Positions 40,394-53,829 of a stretch of DNA of 64,000 nt are shown here, piece after piece; position 1 is the first letter of the stretch, and each line of letters starts with the position of its first letter. The stretch comes from Octopus vulgaris (taxonomy: Eukaryota). The DNA is taken from assembly GCA_951406725.2 (NCBI GenBank), contig OX597835.1, positions 1,736,001 through 1,800,000 on the forward strand. The letters run 5' to 3'. The notes below the pieces were generated by a model, which was not told the origin of the DNA, searched no databases, and saw only the letters and a list, made by a program, of their open reading frames with translations. The position numbers were made by a program, and so were the translations under genes.

Positions 40394-40835
40394 AAATTTA
40401 GAGGATTGACCACTAAAAGTGGACAGCCTATATGCTAAACATAGACATCAAATCGCCATTACCACGAAGAATGTGTTCTCAGGAAAAATCTCAGCAAAAA
40501 ACCAAAATGTAAAAATATTCAAAACAAATGAAAATATACAAAATAAAAAACGATATAAAAACTAAATAAAAATCGTTTTTTATTTTGTATATTTTCATTT
40601 GTTTTGAATATTTTTACATTTTGGTTTTTTGCTGAGATTTTTCTTGAGAACACATTCTTCGTGGTAATGGCGATTTGATGTCTATGTTTAGCATTATAGG
40701 CTGTCCACTTTTAGTGGTCAATCCTCTAAATTTTGTATGTAAAAAAATTTTTAATCTTCGGATTTTTTTAAAGTATGCTAATTGACTGGTTTTAATTGAT
40801 TAATATCAATTTCTACCCTTATTTAATTTTAAATA
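40389..40835 (-). repeat. Fold-back element: near-perfect ~166-bp arms (40389-40555 / 40572-40738) plus a one-sided flank
   Basis: ATACAAAATTTAGAGGATTGACCACTAAAAGTGGAC...AAAAAACGAT / ATCGTTTTTT...GTCCACTTTTAGTGGTCAATCCTCTAAATTTTGTAT. Confidence 0.95.
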
Positions 40836-41233
40836 TATACATATCTTTTATCTTTTATTTGTCTCAGTCATTAGACTGCGGCCATGCTGCAGCACTGCCT
40901 TGAAGAATTGTTAGTCACGTGTATTGACCCCAGTACTTATTTCTTTAAAGCATGACACATATTCTATCGATCTCTTTTGATGAACTGCTACGTTACTGAG
41001 ACATAAACATACAAGCACTGGTTATCAAGTGGTGGTGAGGGACAGACACAAAGATACACACACACGCACACACACACACATGCACATATGCATCTACATA
41101 CATATATACATATATACATACATAAATATATATATATCCATGTATATATATACACACACACATATATATTCATACATACATATATATACACACACATATA
41201 TATATACATACATACATGCATCATACATACATA

Positions 41234-41324
<91 letters not shown>

Positions 41325-41328
<4 letters not shown>

Positions 41329-41470
41329 GTCAACTTAAGGAAGGGAAAACGGAAGCCGGCCAATCCTCTTGTTTAGAGCTGAACAATACAAAACAGGCAG
41401 AAGGAGATGTGAACTTCCCAAATCCTAAAAGAAGTGGATAATCTTATTAACCAAAGGCAGGAATTAGGGA
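41325..41470 (+). mobile_element. Penelope GIY-YIG C-terminal remnant
   Basis: Across frameshifts: [40 protein letters not shown], resembling the PLE ILxxAxxYxxxxxxCxLC...LLNxRxEL pattern. Confidence 0.55.
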
Positions 41471-42667
41471 TACGATGGAAAGATTTTGTTTAATAAATCA
41501 TTCAGCAGGTTTCCTTGTTAACTTGAATAATGCAGTGAGAGGTCATAGGTCAAGATGGCCACGAGGACCAAGCGCTCAATGGGAATTAACTAATATTAAC
41601 TGTATGTATGTATGTATGTGTGTGTGTATGTATGTATGTGTGTATGTATGTATATTTCCATGAATTTGAAATTATCTTAAAACATTTTTTTAAATTTTAT
41701 TTTTTTCATCCTATTTTATTCTTTTAAGATTTTAATCTCTTCAATCCTTTAATCTTTAACTTTAATTTTTTATTCTCATTCCAGTATTATTGGAATCCTT
41801 ACCCTCTTATTGTTGTTCTATTATCACACCATGGTTATTATTATTATTATTATTGTTATTAAATTGTCATATCTTATTATTATTTTATTGATATTATTGA
41901 TATTGATGTTGTTGACATTGATGTTGTCACCCCTCATCCTTATTGTTTTGGTATAACACTTTACTCTTCAAATTTATTCTAATTCTTTACATCCTAGTTT
42001 ATGTTAATGCTAAGTTTAGAAACTTTAACTTGAGTTCAAATTTTAATTCAAAGCCCTTTTTATTAGCTTAAAATTATAAAACCTGTCTAATCAGGTTAAT
42101 GTGAATTTACATTTAATTTTCAACAACTCTAACTTGACATCCTCCCATTTCTAACATCTCTCAGTCTTTCCGTATTTACATCCTGGATAATACGAGCATT
42201 CCTGACCTCCATAATATGACTAAAACTAGTATCCTTTTATTTTCTAGAATTCCCCCAGTCTGCTAGATAGCAACAATGGAACATTATTGTCTTAGACTGA
42301 CCATGTCCATAAAAAGCCCATATCGAACTTTAACGCAATGGTTGAGAATATTTAACCTACATACAATGCCAATATGGCAATGGGTGTTGACCTGTCTGCA
42401 AACACTAATATTTTGGACTGACCCTCTTCCAAATTTGGCTACACAATACCCCTATTTCTAGTAAGTGGCTCTTATATTAATTTAGCATTAGAATTCTTCA
42501 AGTAGTACAAAAATAGTTATTGTCTGCATCATTCGAAAGAGAAATAAATTTTGCATAAGGTGTAAAAGATAAAAATAATTTGTACGGTGTTAGTAACAAA
42601 ATATTTTGCAAGAAATAGAACTTTTATCATCGGTCTTAAATTTATTTTCGACAATGTATATATATAC

Positions 42668-42702
<35 letters not shown>

Positions 42703-42732
42703 TGTATGTATGTATGTATGTATATATGTATG

Positions 42733-42786
<54 letters not shown>

Positions 42787-42899
42787 TATTTATGTATACA
42801 TATATACATACATATATATATACATATATATGTATGTATGTATGTATGCATATATATATACACACACACATATGTATATAGGTATACACACACACACAT

Positions 42900-43108
42900 A
42901 TTCTTTTACTTGTCTCAGTCATTTGATTGCGGCCATACTGGAGCATCGCCTTTAAGAGTGATAGTTGAAGAAATTGACCCCAGGACTTATTCTTTGTAAG
43001 CCTAGTACTTATTCTATTGGTGTCTTTTGCCGAACCACTGTATTATGGGGACATAAACACACCAGCATCAGTTGTCAAGTGATGATGGGGAGACAAACAC
43101 AGACACAC

Positions 43109-43142
<34 letters not shown>

Positions 43143-43305
43143 GACAGGTTTCTTCCAGTTTCCATCTCCCAAGTCCACTCACAAGACTTTAGTCAGCCCG
43201 AGGCTATAGCAGAAAACACTTACCCAAAGTGCCATGCAGTAGGACTGAACCTGGAACCACGTGGTTAAGAAGCAAGCTTCTTACCAACCATCCATGCCGG
43301 TGCCT
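42900..43305 (-). mobile_element. SINE family A, full length
   Basis: Reverse complement colinear with 8850-9248. Confidence 0.88.
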
Positions 43306-43459
43306 CTATTATTCTTATACAACAATGTGGTTGACAGTGACTTCAAAGCTTCAGCCAACTGAGCACATTTTTGTGCAAGAATAATAGAATAACCCATCAG
43401 GTTAATTAATGTAAAATTATCTTTATCATACCATTTAATAATTGATTATATGATTTAAT

Positions 43460-43678
43460 TAGGCAGTGAACTGGCAGAACCATTAGTGAACTATACAAAA
43501 ATCTTTAGTGGCATTTTGTTAGTCTTTACATTCTGAGTTCAAATTTCACCAAGGTTGACTTTGTCTTTCATCCTTTTGGGGTTGATTGATTAAGTACCAG
43601 TGAAACACTGGGGTTGATATAATCGACAAGCCCCCTCCCCCCAATTGCAGGCCTTGCGCCTATAGAAGCTAAGATTAT
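43460..43678 (+). mobile_element. SINE family B
   Basis: GGCAGTGAACTGGCAGAA...GAGTTCAAATTTC...CTTTCATCCTTTTGGGG. Confidence 0.8.
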
Positions 43679-44163
43679 ACAATTTAATATGACCATTCTC
43701 AAGTATAACAATGTTTTTATTATAACTGAGCATAAAAACGAACATTAATATGTATGTATGTATATATACATATATATATATGTATGTGTGTTTGTATATA
43801 TGTATGTATGTGTGTGTGTGTGTGTGTGTAAGTAGGAATTTTCAGCAGACTTACAGTATCATTGAACCAACAGAAGACAAGGCTGTTTTTACTATGACAA
43901 AAGGGCACAGAAAATTTTTGTATCTCAACAAATTCCTTGACTCTGGTAGAAAAAAGATGGTACAGAAGTATCTATGTACAATACAGTCACACACATGCAT
44001 GAGCATGTGCACACACACACACACACACATGTACACACACATATATACATACAGTCATATATGTGTGTGTGCTGTGTGTGTGTGTGTGTTGTGTGTGTGT
44101 ATGCATGTGTGTGTGTATGTATGTATACATATTTATATATATATATACACACACACACACACA

Positions 44164-44774
44164 TACAAGGGGGTACCCAAAAGTAAGCAGAAAGATTGTA
44201 GTTTAGGCTTCCGCCGCTAGAAGTCACTTGATGCAACCCTCAGGCATCAGTATGATTTGCAGTGCTTCTCCCTTGTGCAACCTCCTAAATGAATGAAAAC
44301 ACCTTGGAAATTCCTGAACCGATCTTGGAGGAACGTCACCTAACAACTGACGAACTTGCTGATATGACTGGTGTGTCCTGGAGTTCCTGCCAACGAATTT
44401 TGAGTGAGGAATTTGCAAATGAAAAGAGTTGCAGCAAAATTTGTAACTTGCTTGTTCACAGAAGATCAAAAGCTGCCATGGCTGGATGCATATCGTGAAC
44501 AGAAAGAACAATAGAAAATTGATCCAGAGCTTTTTCAGTGGTCATCACTGGTGATGAAAGCGGATGCTACGGAATCTGCAGATGTGGAAGGTGAAGCAAA
44601 ATACAACAGAAGTGTTAAAAGGCATCGCTTTGCATGAGTTCCAGTATTTCTTCAAAAAGTGAAAAGTGCATTGCTTCAAATGGAGAATTCTTTGAAGGCG
44701 ATAAAAGTGTAAACATGTAAAACTAAGGGAATAAAATAATATGGCAAAATTCTGGTTTCTTTTGGATGCCTCCT

Positions 44775-44778
<4 letters not shown>
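44164..44778 (+). mobile_element. Internally deleted mariner element with both TIRs
   Basis: TA-CAAGGGGGTACCCAAAAGTAAGCAGAA / TTCTGGTTTCTTTTGGATGCCTCCTTG-TA. Remnant peptides RHLTTDELADMTGVSWSSCQRILSEE, MKRVAAKFV, VITGDES. Confidence 0.88.
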
Positions 44779-44817
<39 letters not shown>

Positions 44818-45202
44818 AGACAGAGAGAGGCAGAGAGAGAGTGGGAGATGGATAGCAATACATATGACACAGATACTGACATAGACACACACACGTACAC
44901 ACACACACACATGTATATAATGTTAGTGTTCATGAACGAAGCAGTACAAATGACTTGAGAAAAAAGCTGTTATATAAATGTCATGAGATTTCATTGGCAT
45001 CAGAGCAGACGAGACGGGTGTTGGGTTGTGATGATGCATTTGGATGCCAACAGCTGTAGTGCAAAAGACTGCAGTGGTCAGTGACATGTGTTAGAGAAAA
45101 CTTCTAAACATGCCAGAAAGTAGGTTAACTAAAAAAGTGGCTGGGTGTTATCAGTCTACTAATCCATGGCTCTCTCTCTCTACACACTATTTTCAGTTTT
45201 TA

Positions 45203-45365
45203 AGGCGGTGAGCTGGCAGAATCATTAGTTGCACCGAGCAAAATGCTTTGCGGCATTTCATCTGTCTTTATGTTCTGAGTTCAAACTCCGCTGAAGTCGA
45301 CTTTGCTTTTCATCATTTCGGGGTCGATAAATTAAGCACCAGTTGTGTACTGAGGTCAATCTAAC
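45203..45365 (+). mobile_element. SINE family B
   Basis: GGCGGTGAGCTGGCAGAATC...GGGGTCGATAAATTAAG. Confidence 0.8.
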
Positions 45366-45379
45366 CTGATTTTATATAT

Positions 45380-45589
45380 AGTGCCGCTGGACTGGCTCCT
45401 GTGCAGGTGGCACATAAAAAGCACCATTTGGGCATGGCCATTGTGCCAGTACCGCCTGACTGGCCCTCATGCCAGTGGTATGTAAAAAGCACCCACTACA
45501 CTCTCGGAGTGGTTGGCGTTAGGAAGGGCATCCAGCTGTAGAAACTCTGCCAGATCAAAAGCAGACGTTAAACGATGATGATGATGATG
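45380..45589 (+). mobile_element. RTE LINE 3'UTR fragment with (GAT)n tail
   Basis: Same motifs as 35700-35960, with an internal deletion. Confidence 0.8.
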
Positions 45590-46315
45590 TATATGCACAC
45601 ATACACACACAAACACACACAGATACATATACATACATGCATACATAAATGTGTGTGTGCGCATATGTGAGCATGTGTGTGTGTGTGTGTGTGTGTGCAC
45701 GCGCGTGCATGTATTTTGGGTGGGTTTGTGTGAGGATGGTTTGTTTGTGTCTATAGACATGCCTGTATGCGGAAAACAAACTTTTAAGAAATGAAGATGT
45801 GACAACGACGACGACGATGATGATGTACACATTTCTAGCAAGGTTCACATATGCATGCAAATGCACACATACACACACTTATTATGTGTACATACACACA
45901 CCCACGCAAGCAGGTACACACACACACACACCCAATTGCCTTATGGATATCAATTGAAAGTCAAAAATCTGAGATTTAATCCCATCTTCTACAATTCAGC
46001 TAATGTTGTTGATATTGTTGTTGTTGTTGTTGTTGCTGACATCATTGTTATTGCTGTTTAGTCCAGTACTGTGATCAAAAAAGTTCCACCCATGACTATC
46101 TATTCTATTTTTGTCTTTAAACATTTATTAAGGACTGACTTGTCCACCACTATATATCCTTCCTTTCAAAGAGATCAGGATATGGTTTGAAGGAATTTTG
46201 TTTGTTATTTCTTGCAGGCTGAGTGGTTGAGTAGAATATCACTCATTGTATGTGAACACCTCAGCATGGCTGCTGTCAAATGGCTGAAAAAAGTAAAAGA
46301 TTAAAGATATATATC

Positions 46316-46380
<65 letters not shown>

Positions 46381-46384
<4 letters not shown>

Positions 46385-46510
46385 GGTGATTCAAAAGTCA
46401 CCATACATAAGAACAATTTATTTTTTTTTATGAAGCAGTTTTTTTAAAATTAATTGCTTCTTATAAAAAAATAAATTTTTCCTACATATGGTGACTTTTG
46501 AATCACTGTA
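46381..46510. mobile_element. Small palindromic Tc1/mariner-type MITE in a TA tract
   Basis: GTGATTCAAAAGTCACCATA (46386-46405) / TATGGTGACTTTTGAATCAC (46487-46506); the interior is also roughly self-complementary. Confidence 0.8.
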
Positions 46511-46887
46511 TATATGTAACTAATTATGTATGTATGTATGTAGTTATGTATGTATGTATGTATGTATGTATGTATGTATGTATGTATGTATGTATGTATG
46601 TATGTATATATGTATGTAGTTATGTATGTATGTATGTATGTAGTTATGTATGTATGTATGTGTGAGTGTGTATAAGTGTGTGTTTCTGTGTGTGTGTGTA
46701 CTATTTAAGTGTTGGGTACGTTCCAAGTAGTATGCCGATAAAGCATGTTCACTGCCTATGGGTACCTGATGTCATCCACGGTATTTACACAGTTGTCGCT
46801 GGATCTACCTCAGGAATTCCTCAGTGTATGGTAAGTATTAAACAAGTGATAGAGACAGAAAGTGGAATACACAGGAAACTTAATTGC

Positions 46888-46967
46888 TCACAACAACCGT
46901 TTCAATGCATTGATCTCTCATGGCTGGGAAAACTATATAACTATTTGTGGTGCATCTCGTCAGGTGA
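46888..46967 (-). ncRNA. Type I hammerhead ribozyme motif, intact core
   Basis: Minus strand TCAC-CTGACGA(46963-57)-GATGCA...41 nt...TGCATT-GAAA(46903-00)-CGGTTG-TT^GTGA. 6-bp stem II (one G.U), 2-bp stem III, GUU triplet, 4-bp stem I. Confidence 0.65.
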
Positions 46968-47204
46968 TGTATTTGTGTCTCGTCAGGTGATGTAATAAGT
47001 ATCTCGTTAAATGAATTCTGTTTTGCTCAGATTTAATACAGCATGTTATCCATAATGATGTGATGAAACACTTCTGCACCAAAGGATGCATCACAACTAG
47101 TTATATGGTTTCCCATCCTTAAGGAATCAGTGAAGGATGTGTTGAAACAATCATTGTGGCCAATAAATTTTCCCATATATTTCATTTCTCATCTCTATCA
47201 TTTG

Positions 47205-47289
<85 letters not shown>

Positions 47290-47294
<5 letters not shown>

Positions 47295-47462
47295 GGAGTT
47301 TACGGAAAAAAAACAAAAGATGAAGACAGGTGGTGTACAAAACAAACATATGTATTAGTATAATGCTCAGGAATAGAAAAAGTCTTTTACGTTTCAAGCC
47401 TATGCTCTTCTACAGAAAGGGACACAGAAAAAACAAGGAGAGAAAAAAATGTGTGTAGTGGC
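47290..47462 (-). mobile_element. Probable Penelope terminal fragment with a degenerate minimal hammerhead motif (47382-47423)
   Basis: Minus strand CCCTTT-CTGTAGA-A-GAGC-ATAG-GCTT-GAAA-CG-TA-AAAG; embedded between TA tracts. Confidence 0.5.
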
Positions 47463-47625
47463 TATATATATATTGTTTGTTTTTACATTCATCTTTCCAT
47501 GCTGGAATGGTTGAGATAAATATAGAATTGAAGCATTGTTTTACAGGTGGGGGCTGCTCAGTGGTGTCGGACCTAAAGCCATATGATTGGGAAGTAAAAT
47601 TCTTAACCACACAGCCAACCCTGTA

Positions 47626-47731
<106 letters not shown>

Positions 47732-47988
47732 GTGTGCGTGAGAGAGAGAAAGAGAGAGAGTATTTGAATATAATATGATCCTGTTTTGATATATGGATAG
47801 ATATATTCTAATCCAGAATTTTGATCAAGTGTCAATTAGCTATATGAAGCATTTCTATATCTGTGTGATTATATAACAATTTAAACATTATGTATATTTA
47901 TATAAAGGAGAGCCCAAAGGGATCCAGTTTTAGTGTTTATATGTTATATGTATATATAACTGGATGTCTATGTGTATGTGTACATTAC

Positions 47989-48067
<79 letters not shown>

Positions 48068-48146
48068 AATTAACTTTTCTGCTAAGGCAAGATCAACAAA
48101 AAAAGTACTCCATCCGGTGAGTGGTAAACGTTGTACAATGTTCACT

Positions 48147-48369
48147 GTATATAGTTATAAGCTACTAATAGTTTCATACATTGGAGATTTTATCTAGGCA
48201 GGTTTTCCGACTAATCTTCGGGCTCTGAGCACATGGCCTGTACAAGTTACAAATTAGGACAATTGAACAAGAGCCTGAAGATTATTTAAAGACTCTAGGT
48301 GCGTTATTGAAACATGCCGAGATAAAATATTCAAAGTATGATTATTAGTTGTAGCTCATAACTATATAC
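48147..48369. repeat. Diverged fold-back (arms ~48147-48226 / 48270-48369) with hammerhead-like relics
   Basis: GTATATAGTTATAAGCTAC...TAATCTTCGGGCTCT versus AGAGCCTGAAGATTA...GAAACATGCC...GTAGCTCATAACTATATAC. Confidence 0.7.
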
Positions 48370-48439
48370 TATGTACAGGTTACAATACACACACATATAT
48401 ACACATATATACACACATATATTTATGTATATATGTATG

Positions 48440-48482
<43 letters not shown>

Positions 48483-48485
48483 ATA

Positions 48486-48524
<39 letters not shown>

Positions 48525-48525
48525 A

Positions 48526-48569
<44 letters not shown>

Positions 48570-49512
48570 ATATATGTCTGTATATGTGTGTGTGTATATA
48601 TATACATGTATGTATATATGTGTGTGTGTGTATATATATATACACACACACACACACTGTTATAAGTATGCACACATGCACAAGTATACATGAACACACC
48701 CACGCATATTGATTTTTAACATTGGCACAAGAACCACAACAACGCAGGCAAGTCGTATCATTAATTGAATCAATAACTGTGTAATGTCTGCTGCTTATTT
48801 GTTCAACCCCAGGAGGATCAAAAGTAAAGTAAATTCAAGCTCCATTTGAAATCAGACCATGTAGGTGATGAAACTTGACATAGTAAGGGTCTCTTGTGGT
48901 TAAAAGTCTTTACTTAAGCAGGAAGGAAGATACTATCCATGATGTTGGTGGGGTGGAAGGAAGAAGATACCCTTAAAAGAAAGACCTGGATTGAATGCTT
49001 TTGCAACAGAGTGGTTTTCCTTAAGCAATGAGGGTCAACGTCCAAGATGTAGTTGAAGAGTATTCGGTTGATAAACTTGGATTTTACGAGTCTGGAGATC
49101 CAAAGAAGGGCCCAGAATCCAGAAATCCAAAATGAAACCGCATGAATTTAAGAATGTGTGGACGGTCCCTGTTCCCTTGCCAATGGGGGAAGACGGAGCA
49201 GCATCATTCCACCGAACAAAATTTTTTTCTCTGAGTCCCAGCCCAAGGCTACACTGTTATGACCAAGCATGGGATATTTCTCGGTCAACTTCCTCAACAA
49301 AACAATCTTCAAAGGACCCTTAGTAGCATCACTGATATTAAATGGCTTTCTCTCAGATTTTCTTACTAATATATTGCTTTTGGTCCTCTTGGTCCTTATC
49401 TCGACTTAATTATGTTACCCTACAATACATATAACACCCCCCCTTTTTTTTTATTACTCCTCTATAATATGTTAGTCTATTTTATTAGTTTATTCTCTTC
49501 AGTCTTCCAGTA

Positions 49513-49543
<31 letters not shown>

Positions 49544-49997
49544 GTGTGTGCAAATTTTATTTAAATGTATTCGAATCCAGTGTCAATCGTTATTAAAACC
49601 TTTTCCCTTTCTTTTTTTTTTTCTGACTGTGATAAAAACTTCCAATTCTTTCAGCTCCTGCAGACATTGTTTTGTTTTTATTCACTAATTCACTAAAAAC
49701 TGTTTCCACAATACCACAATAGTCTCTTTTGTATGCCTTAACTATTGAAGAATCACATGCTTCACACACATATGCATGCGTATATGTGTGCAAATGATGC
49801 ATCTCTCTGCTAGTGTATAATGTCTGCGTTCATATAGACATACAGATGTATGTGTGTATGTATGTGTGTATGTGTGTGTGTACGTGTGTATGTGTGTGTG
49901 TGTGTATATATATATATGTACATTTATTTATATATTTGTATATATATGTACATATGCATATTTATATATGTATGCTTATATATGTATATGTATGTAT

Positions 49998-50082
<85 letters not shown>

Positions 50083-50118
50083 TATATATGCATATATATA
50101 TATATACATATATGCATA

Positions 50119-50193
<75 letters not shown>

Positions 50194-50369
50194 GCATATA
50201 TATATAGATATATATATATATACATACATATATATATGCATATATATATATACATATCTGCATATATATATATATATATATATAAACATATATATACACA
50301 CATACATGCATGCACACGCATACATACATACATATACATATATATACATATATATACATATATATATAC

Positions 50370-50462
<93 letters not shown>

Positions 50463-51267
50463 CGTATATACATGTGTAAACGTGTGCAGATTATAAATTT
50501 TAGAGGAGAAAAAAACCAAACAAATAAATAATTGAAAAATATGTGATATTTCTGTTTTTGTTTTGTGTAGATCTTAAATAAATGAGATTAAAACTTCTCT
50601 CCATTGTTTTGTGTTGCTAATTAACTATGCATGTGTGTGTGCAGGGATGTGTGTGTGTGTGTGTGTGTGAGTGCATGTGTGTGCATTTATGCACACATAC
50701 ACGCACACACACACACACTCCATTCTTAACATTGTCCCTCTCCGCTCACATTATACGTTGATCCCACTTCTTTGCTACTAGTTCTCTCTCTCTCTCTCTC
50801 TCTCTCTTTCACCTCCACCACTTTTTGTTGACTTAGCCCCCTCACCATCCCTCACTCGTTCTCCCCACCCGCCCACCCACCGCCTATTTATCCTCTTCCT
50901 TCTACCATTCTCCCCCGTATACTTTATTGTTCTTACTATTCTCCTGCTCTTCACTTTTTTTCTGTACTGCTACTCATCACCCACACTACTCAATCCACCC
51001 CCCCCTATTCATATGTGTCACTGACCACCCCTCCATCCTTGTTGACCTTTCGTTGCATTCCACCCCCATCCCTCAATTCCCCCCACCCCCACCCCATACA
51101 TCTTTGCATTCTATACCCGTCTGCCCTTCTAGCGATTCCTTCCCCACTCTTTTTGCTATTCACCTTCTCGTAGCTCGGGGACACACTCTGACACGTTGTC
51201 ACAACCATCTTCATCTTGCGTTCCAGCTCCAAACCAATTATTACCATCCACTCTTACGTAATATAAT

Positions 51268-51410
51268 GGAGACACATGGCTTAGTGGTTAAGGTGTTGGA
51301 CTCATGATTGAAAGATTGTGGTTTCGATTCCTGGACCAGGCAATGCATTGTGTTCTTGAGCAAAACACTTCATTTCACATCGCTCCAGTCCACTCAGCTG
51401 GTGAAAAAGA
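51268..51410 (+). mobile_element. SINE family C head
   Basis: TGGCTTAGTGGTTAAG (A-box), GTTTCGATTCC (B-box), TGTGTTCTTGAGCAAAACACTT; homologous to 53830-54152 and 28125-28235. Confidence 0.8.
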
Positions 51411-52129
51411 GGAATCTTTGATGGACCAACATTCTCAAGATTAATCGATATATGTGCCAGAGAAACTGTGAAACCAGCCCTATACTCCTTACGGAGTACT
51501 CTAGACTAACCTTAACTCTTATATAATGCAAGGTAGCTGCGTCTCTCCTCTTGTTGTTTGGACGCCCCCAGACGATGAAGTAGGTCAGCCCAATACGTAG
51601 ATGTAGAGGGAGAAGTGTAGACATCATTAGACTAGAGTCGACCAGAGCACAGTTGAGTATCTGTCGGTAGAGTGAAGCAGAGTAGGAATTGAGAAGAGGT
51701 CATCCAAACGTGCGACATAACAGTGGGGACGAGGATTTCGTAGCTCACACAGCCACCGTGTAGTCTTGCGATATAACACCTCGACAGAGAGATAACTCTT
51801 CCTGCCACCTCCTTCATACTTCTCTCAGCATCTAGATTAAAGAGTCTGCTCTCTCTCTCTTTACTATAATCCTGATCATTCGGGAGGTGTCTCAGTCTTG
51901 AGAGTTACATGACAACCTCACTTGTTCTGGTGTCATTGTAATGTACCCAATACACTCAGTGATGGGGTTGGCTTTGGAAGGGTATCCATCCTTACAACCT
52001 GTGTTGATGCAGACAGCGGAGCCTGATGCAGTCCCTCAATCTATCAGAACCATCCAAACCATTCCAGCGAAGCGTGGCAGACAGACTTGGAAAGACAATA
52101 ACAACTATGACATTAATCTTCTTTTCTTT

Positions 52130-52331
52130 ATTCTTTTATTTGTTTCAGTCATTAGAATGCATCCATGCTGGGGCAATATCTTGAAGAAATTTTAGTTGAA
52201 TGAATCAACCCCCAGGACTTTATTGTCTTAAGCCTGGTACTATTCTGTCAGTCTCTTTTTGCCGAACCACTAAGTTATAAGGACATAAACACACCAACAC
52301 CAGTTGTTGAGCAGTGGGTACGGGGATAGAA

Positions 52332-52364
<33 letters not shown>

Positions 52365-52515
52365 TTCTTTCAGTTTCCATCTATCAAATCCGCTCACAAG
52401 GCTTTGGTTGGCTTGATGCCATAGTAGAAGACACTTGCTCAGGGTGCCACACAGTGGGACTGAACCCAGAACCCTGTGGCTGGGAAGCAAACTTCTTACC
52501 ACACAGCCATGCTTG
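52130..52515 (-). mobile_element. SINE family A, full length
   Basis: Reverse complement colinear with 8850-9248. Confidence 0.85.
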
Positions 52516-52693
52516 TGTCAGTATATGTACATTAAATGTATGTATCATATATATATATTGTATGAGTGCATGTGTGTGTGTGTGTGTGTATATGTATGTG
52601 TGTGTGCATGCGTATGTGTGTATATGTGTGTATGTGTGTGTGTGTGCGCGTGCGTATGTGTGTGTATATGTGTGTATGTGTGTATATGTATAT

Positions 52694-52729
<36 letters not shown>

Positions 52730-53339
52730 GTAATATGTGTCAAAACTGAAGCAACATTAAAATATTCCTGATAATTCCTCGATGCCACTCATTCGGAGTT
52801 GCTGTCTCTGGAAATGGAAACTGCTGCGGACTCGGTTTGCATGGAACGGCACATGGTGCTTTCCGTCAGCCCACCTGTTTTTCTGGTATTGATTTTATTC
52901 TGGAGGTTGTTGACATCACCAGAACATTTTATTGCCTTTGATATTTTGGTCTCAAGAGTTCTATGTATTAGTGTGTGTGTGTGTATGTATGTGTGTGTAT
53001 GTATGTGTGTGTGTATGTATGTATGTATGTATGTATGTGTGTGTATGTGTGTATGTATGAAAATGTATGTATGTATGTATGTATGTATGTATGTATGTAT
53101 GTGTGTGTGTATGTGTGTATGTATGTATGTATGTATGTATGTATGTATGTATGTGTGTGTGTATGTGTGTATGTATGAAAATGTATGTATGTATGTATGT
53201 ATGTATGTATGTATGTGTGTGTGTATGTATGTATGTATGTATGTATGTTTGTATGTATGTATGTGTGTATGTATGTGTGTCTATGTGTGTATGTATGAAA
53301 ATGTATGTATGTATAGATACACACACACACACACACAGC

Positions 53340-53785
53340 TTTGGGCAGACCTGAAACTGAGTGGATATGGTAGACAGAAATTGAAAGAAGATGGTGGTGA
53401 GCTGGCAGAGACGTTAGCACACCGGGCGAAGTGCTTAGCGGTATTTCGTCTGCTGTTACATTCAGAGTTCAAACTCTGCCTAGGACGACTTTGCCTTTCA
53501 TCTTTTTGGGGTCGATAAATTAAGTACCAGTTACACACTGGTATGTATATGTATATATGCATATGTATGTGTGTGTGTGTATCTGTGTTTGACCGTCAAG
53601 CATCACTTAACAACCACTGCTGGTCTGTTTACGTCCCCGTAACTTAGCAGTTCGGCAAAAGAGGACCATTAGAATAAGAACTAGGCTTACAAAGAATAAG
53701 TCCGGGGTCGATTTGCTCGACTAAAGGCGGTGCTCCAGCATGGCTGCAGTCAAATGACTGAAACAAGTAAAAGAGTACAAGAGTA
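53340..53785 (+). mobile_element. Composite: SINE A head end, SINE B (53392-53540), microsatellite, SINE A tail
   Basis: GGTAGACAGAAATTGAAAGAAG|ATGGTGGTGAGCTGGCAG junction; A tail 53580-53785. Confidence 0.8.
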
Positions 53786-53829
53786 TATGCATACATACAC
53801 ACATACACACATACATTCATATTTTTTAA

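Noticed and set aside
42280-42450. Possible RT remnant (xQxxxxAMG-like)
   Set aside because: Too degraded to keep a frame.
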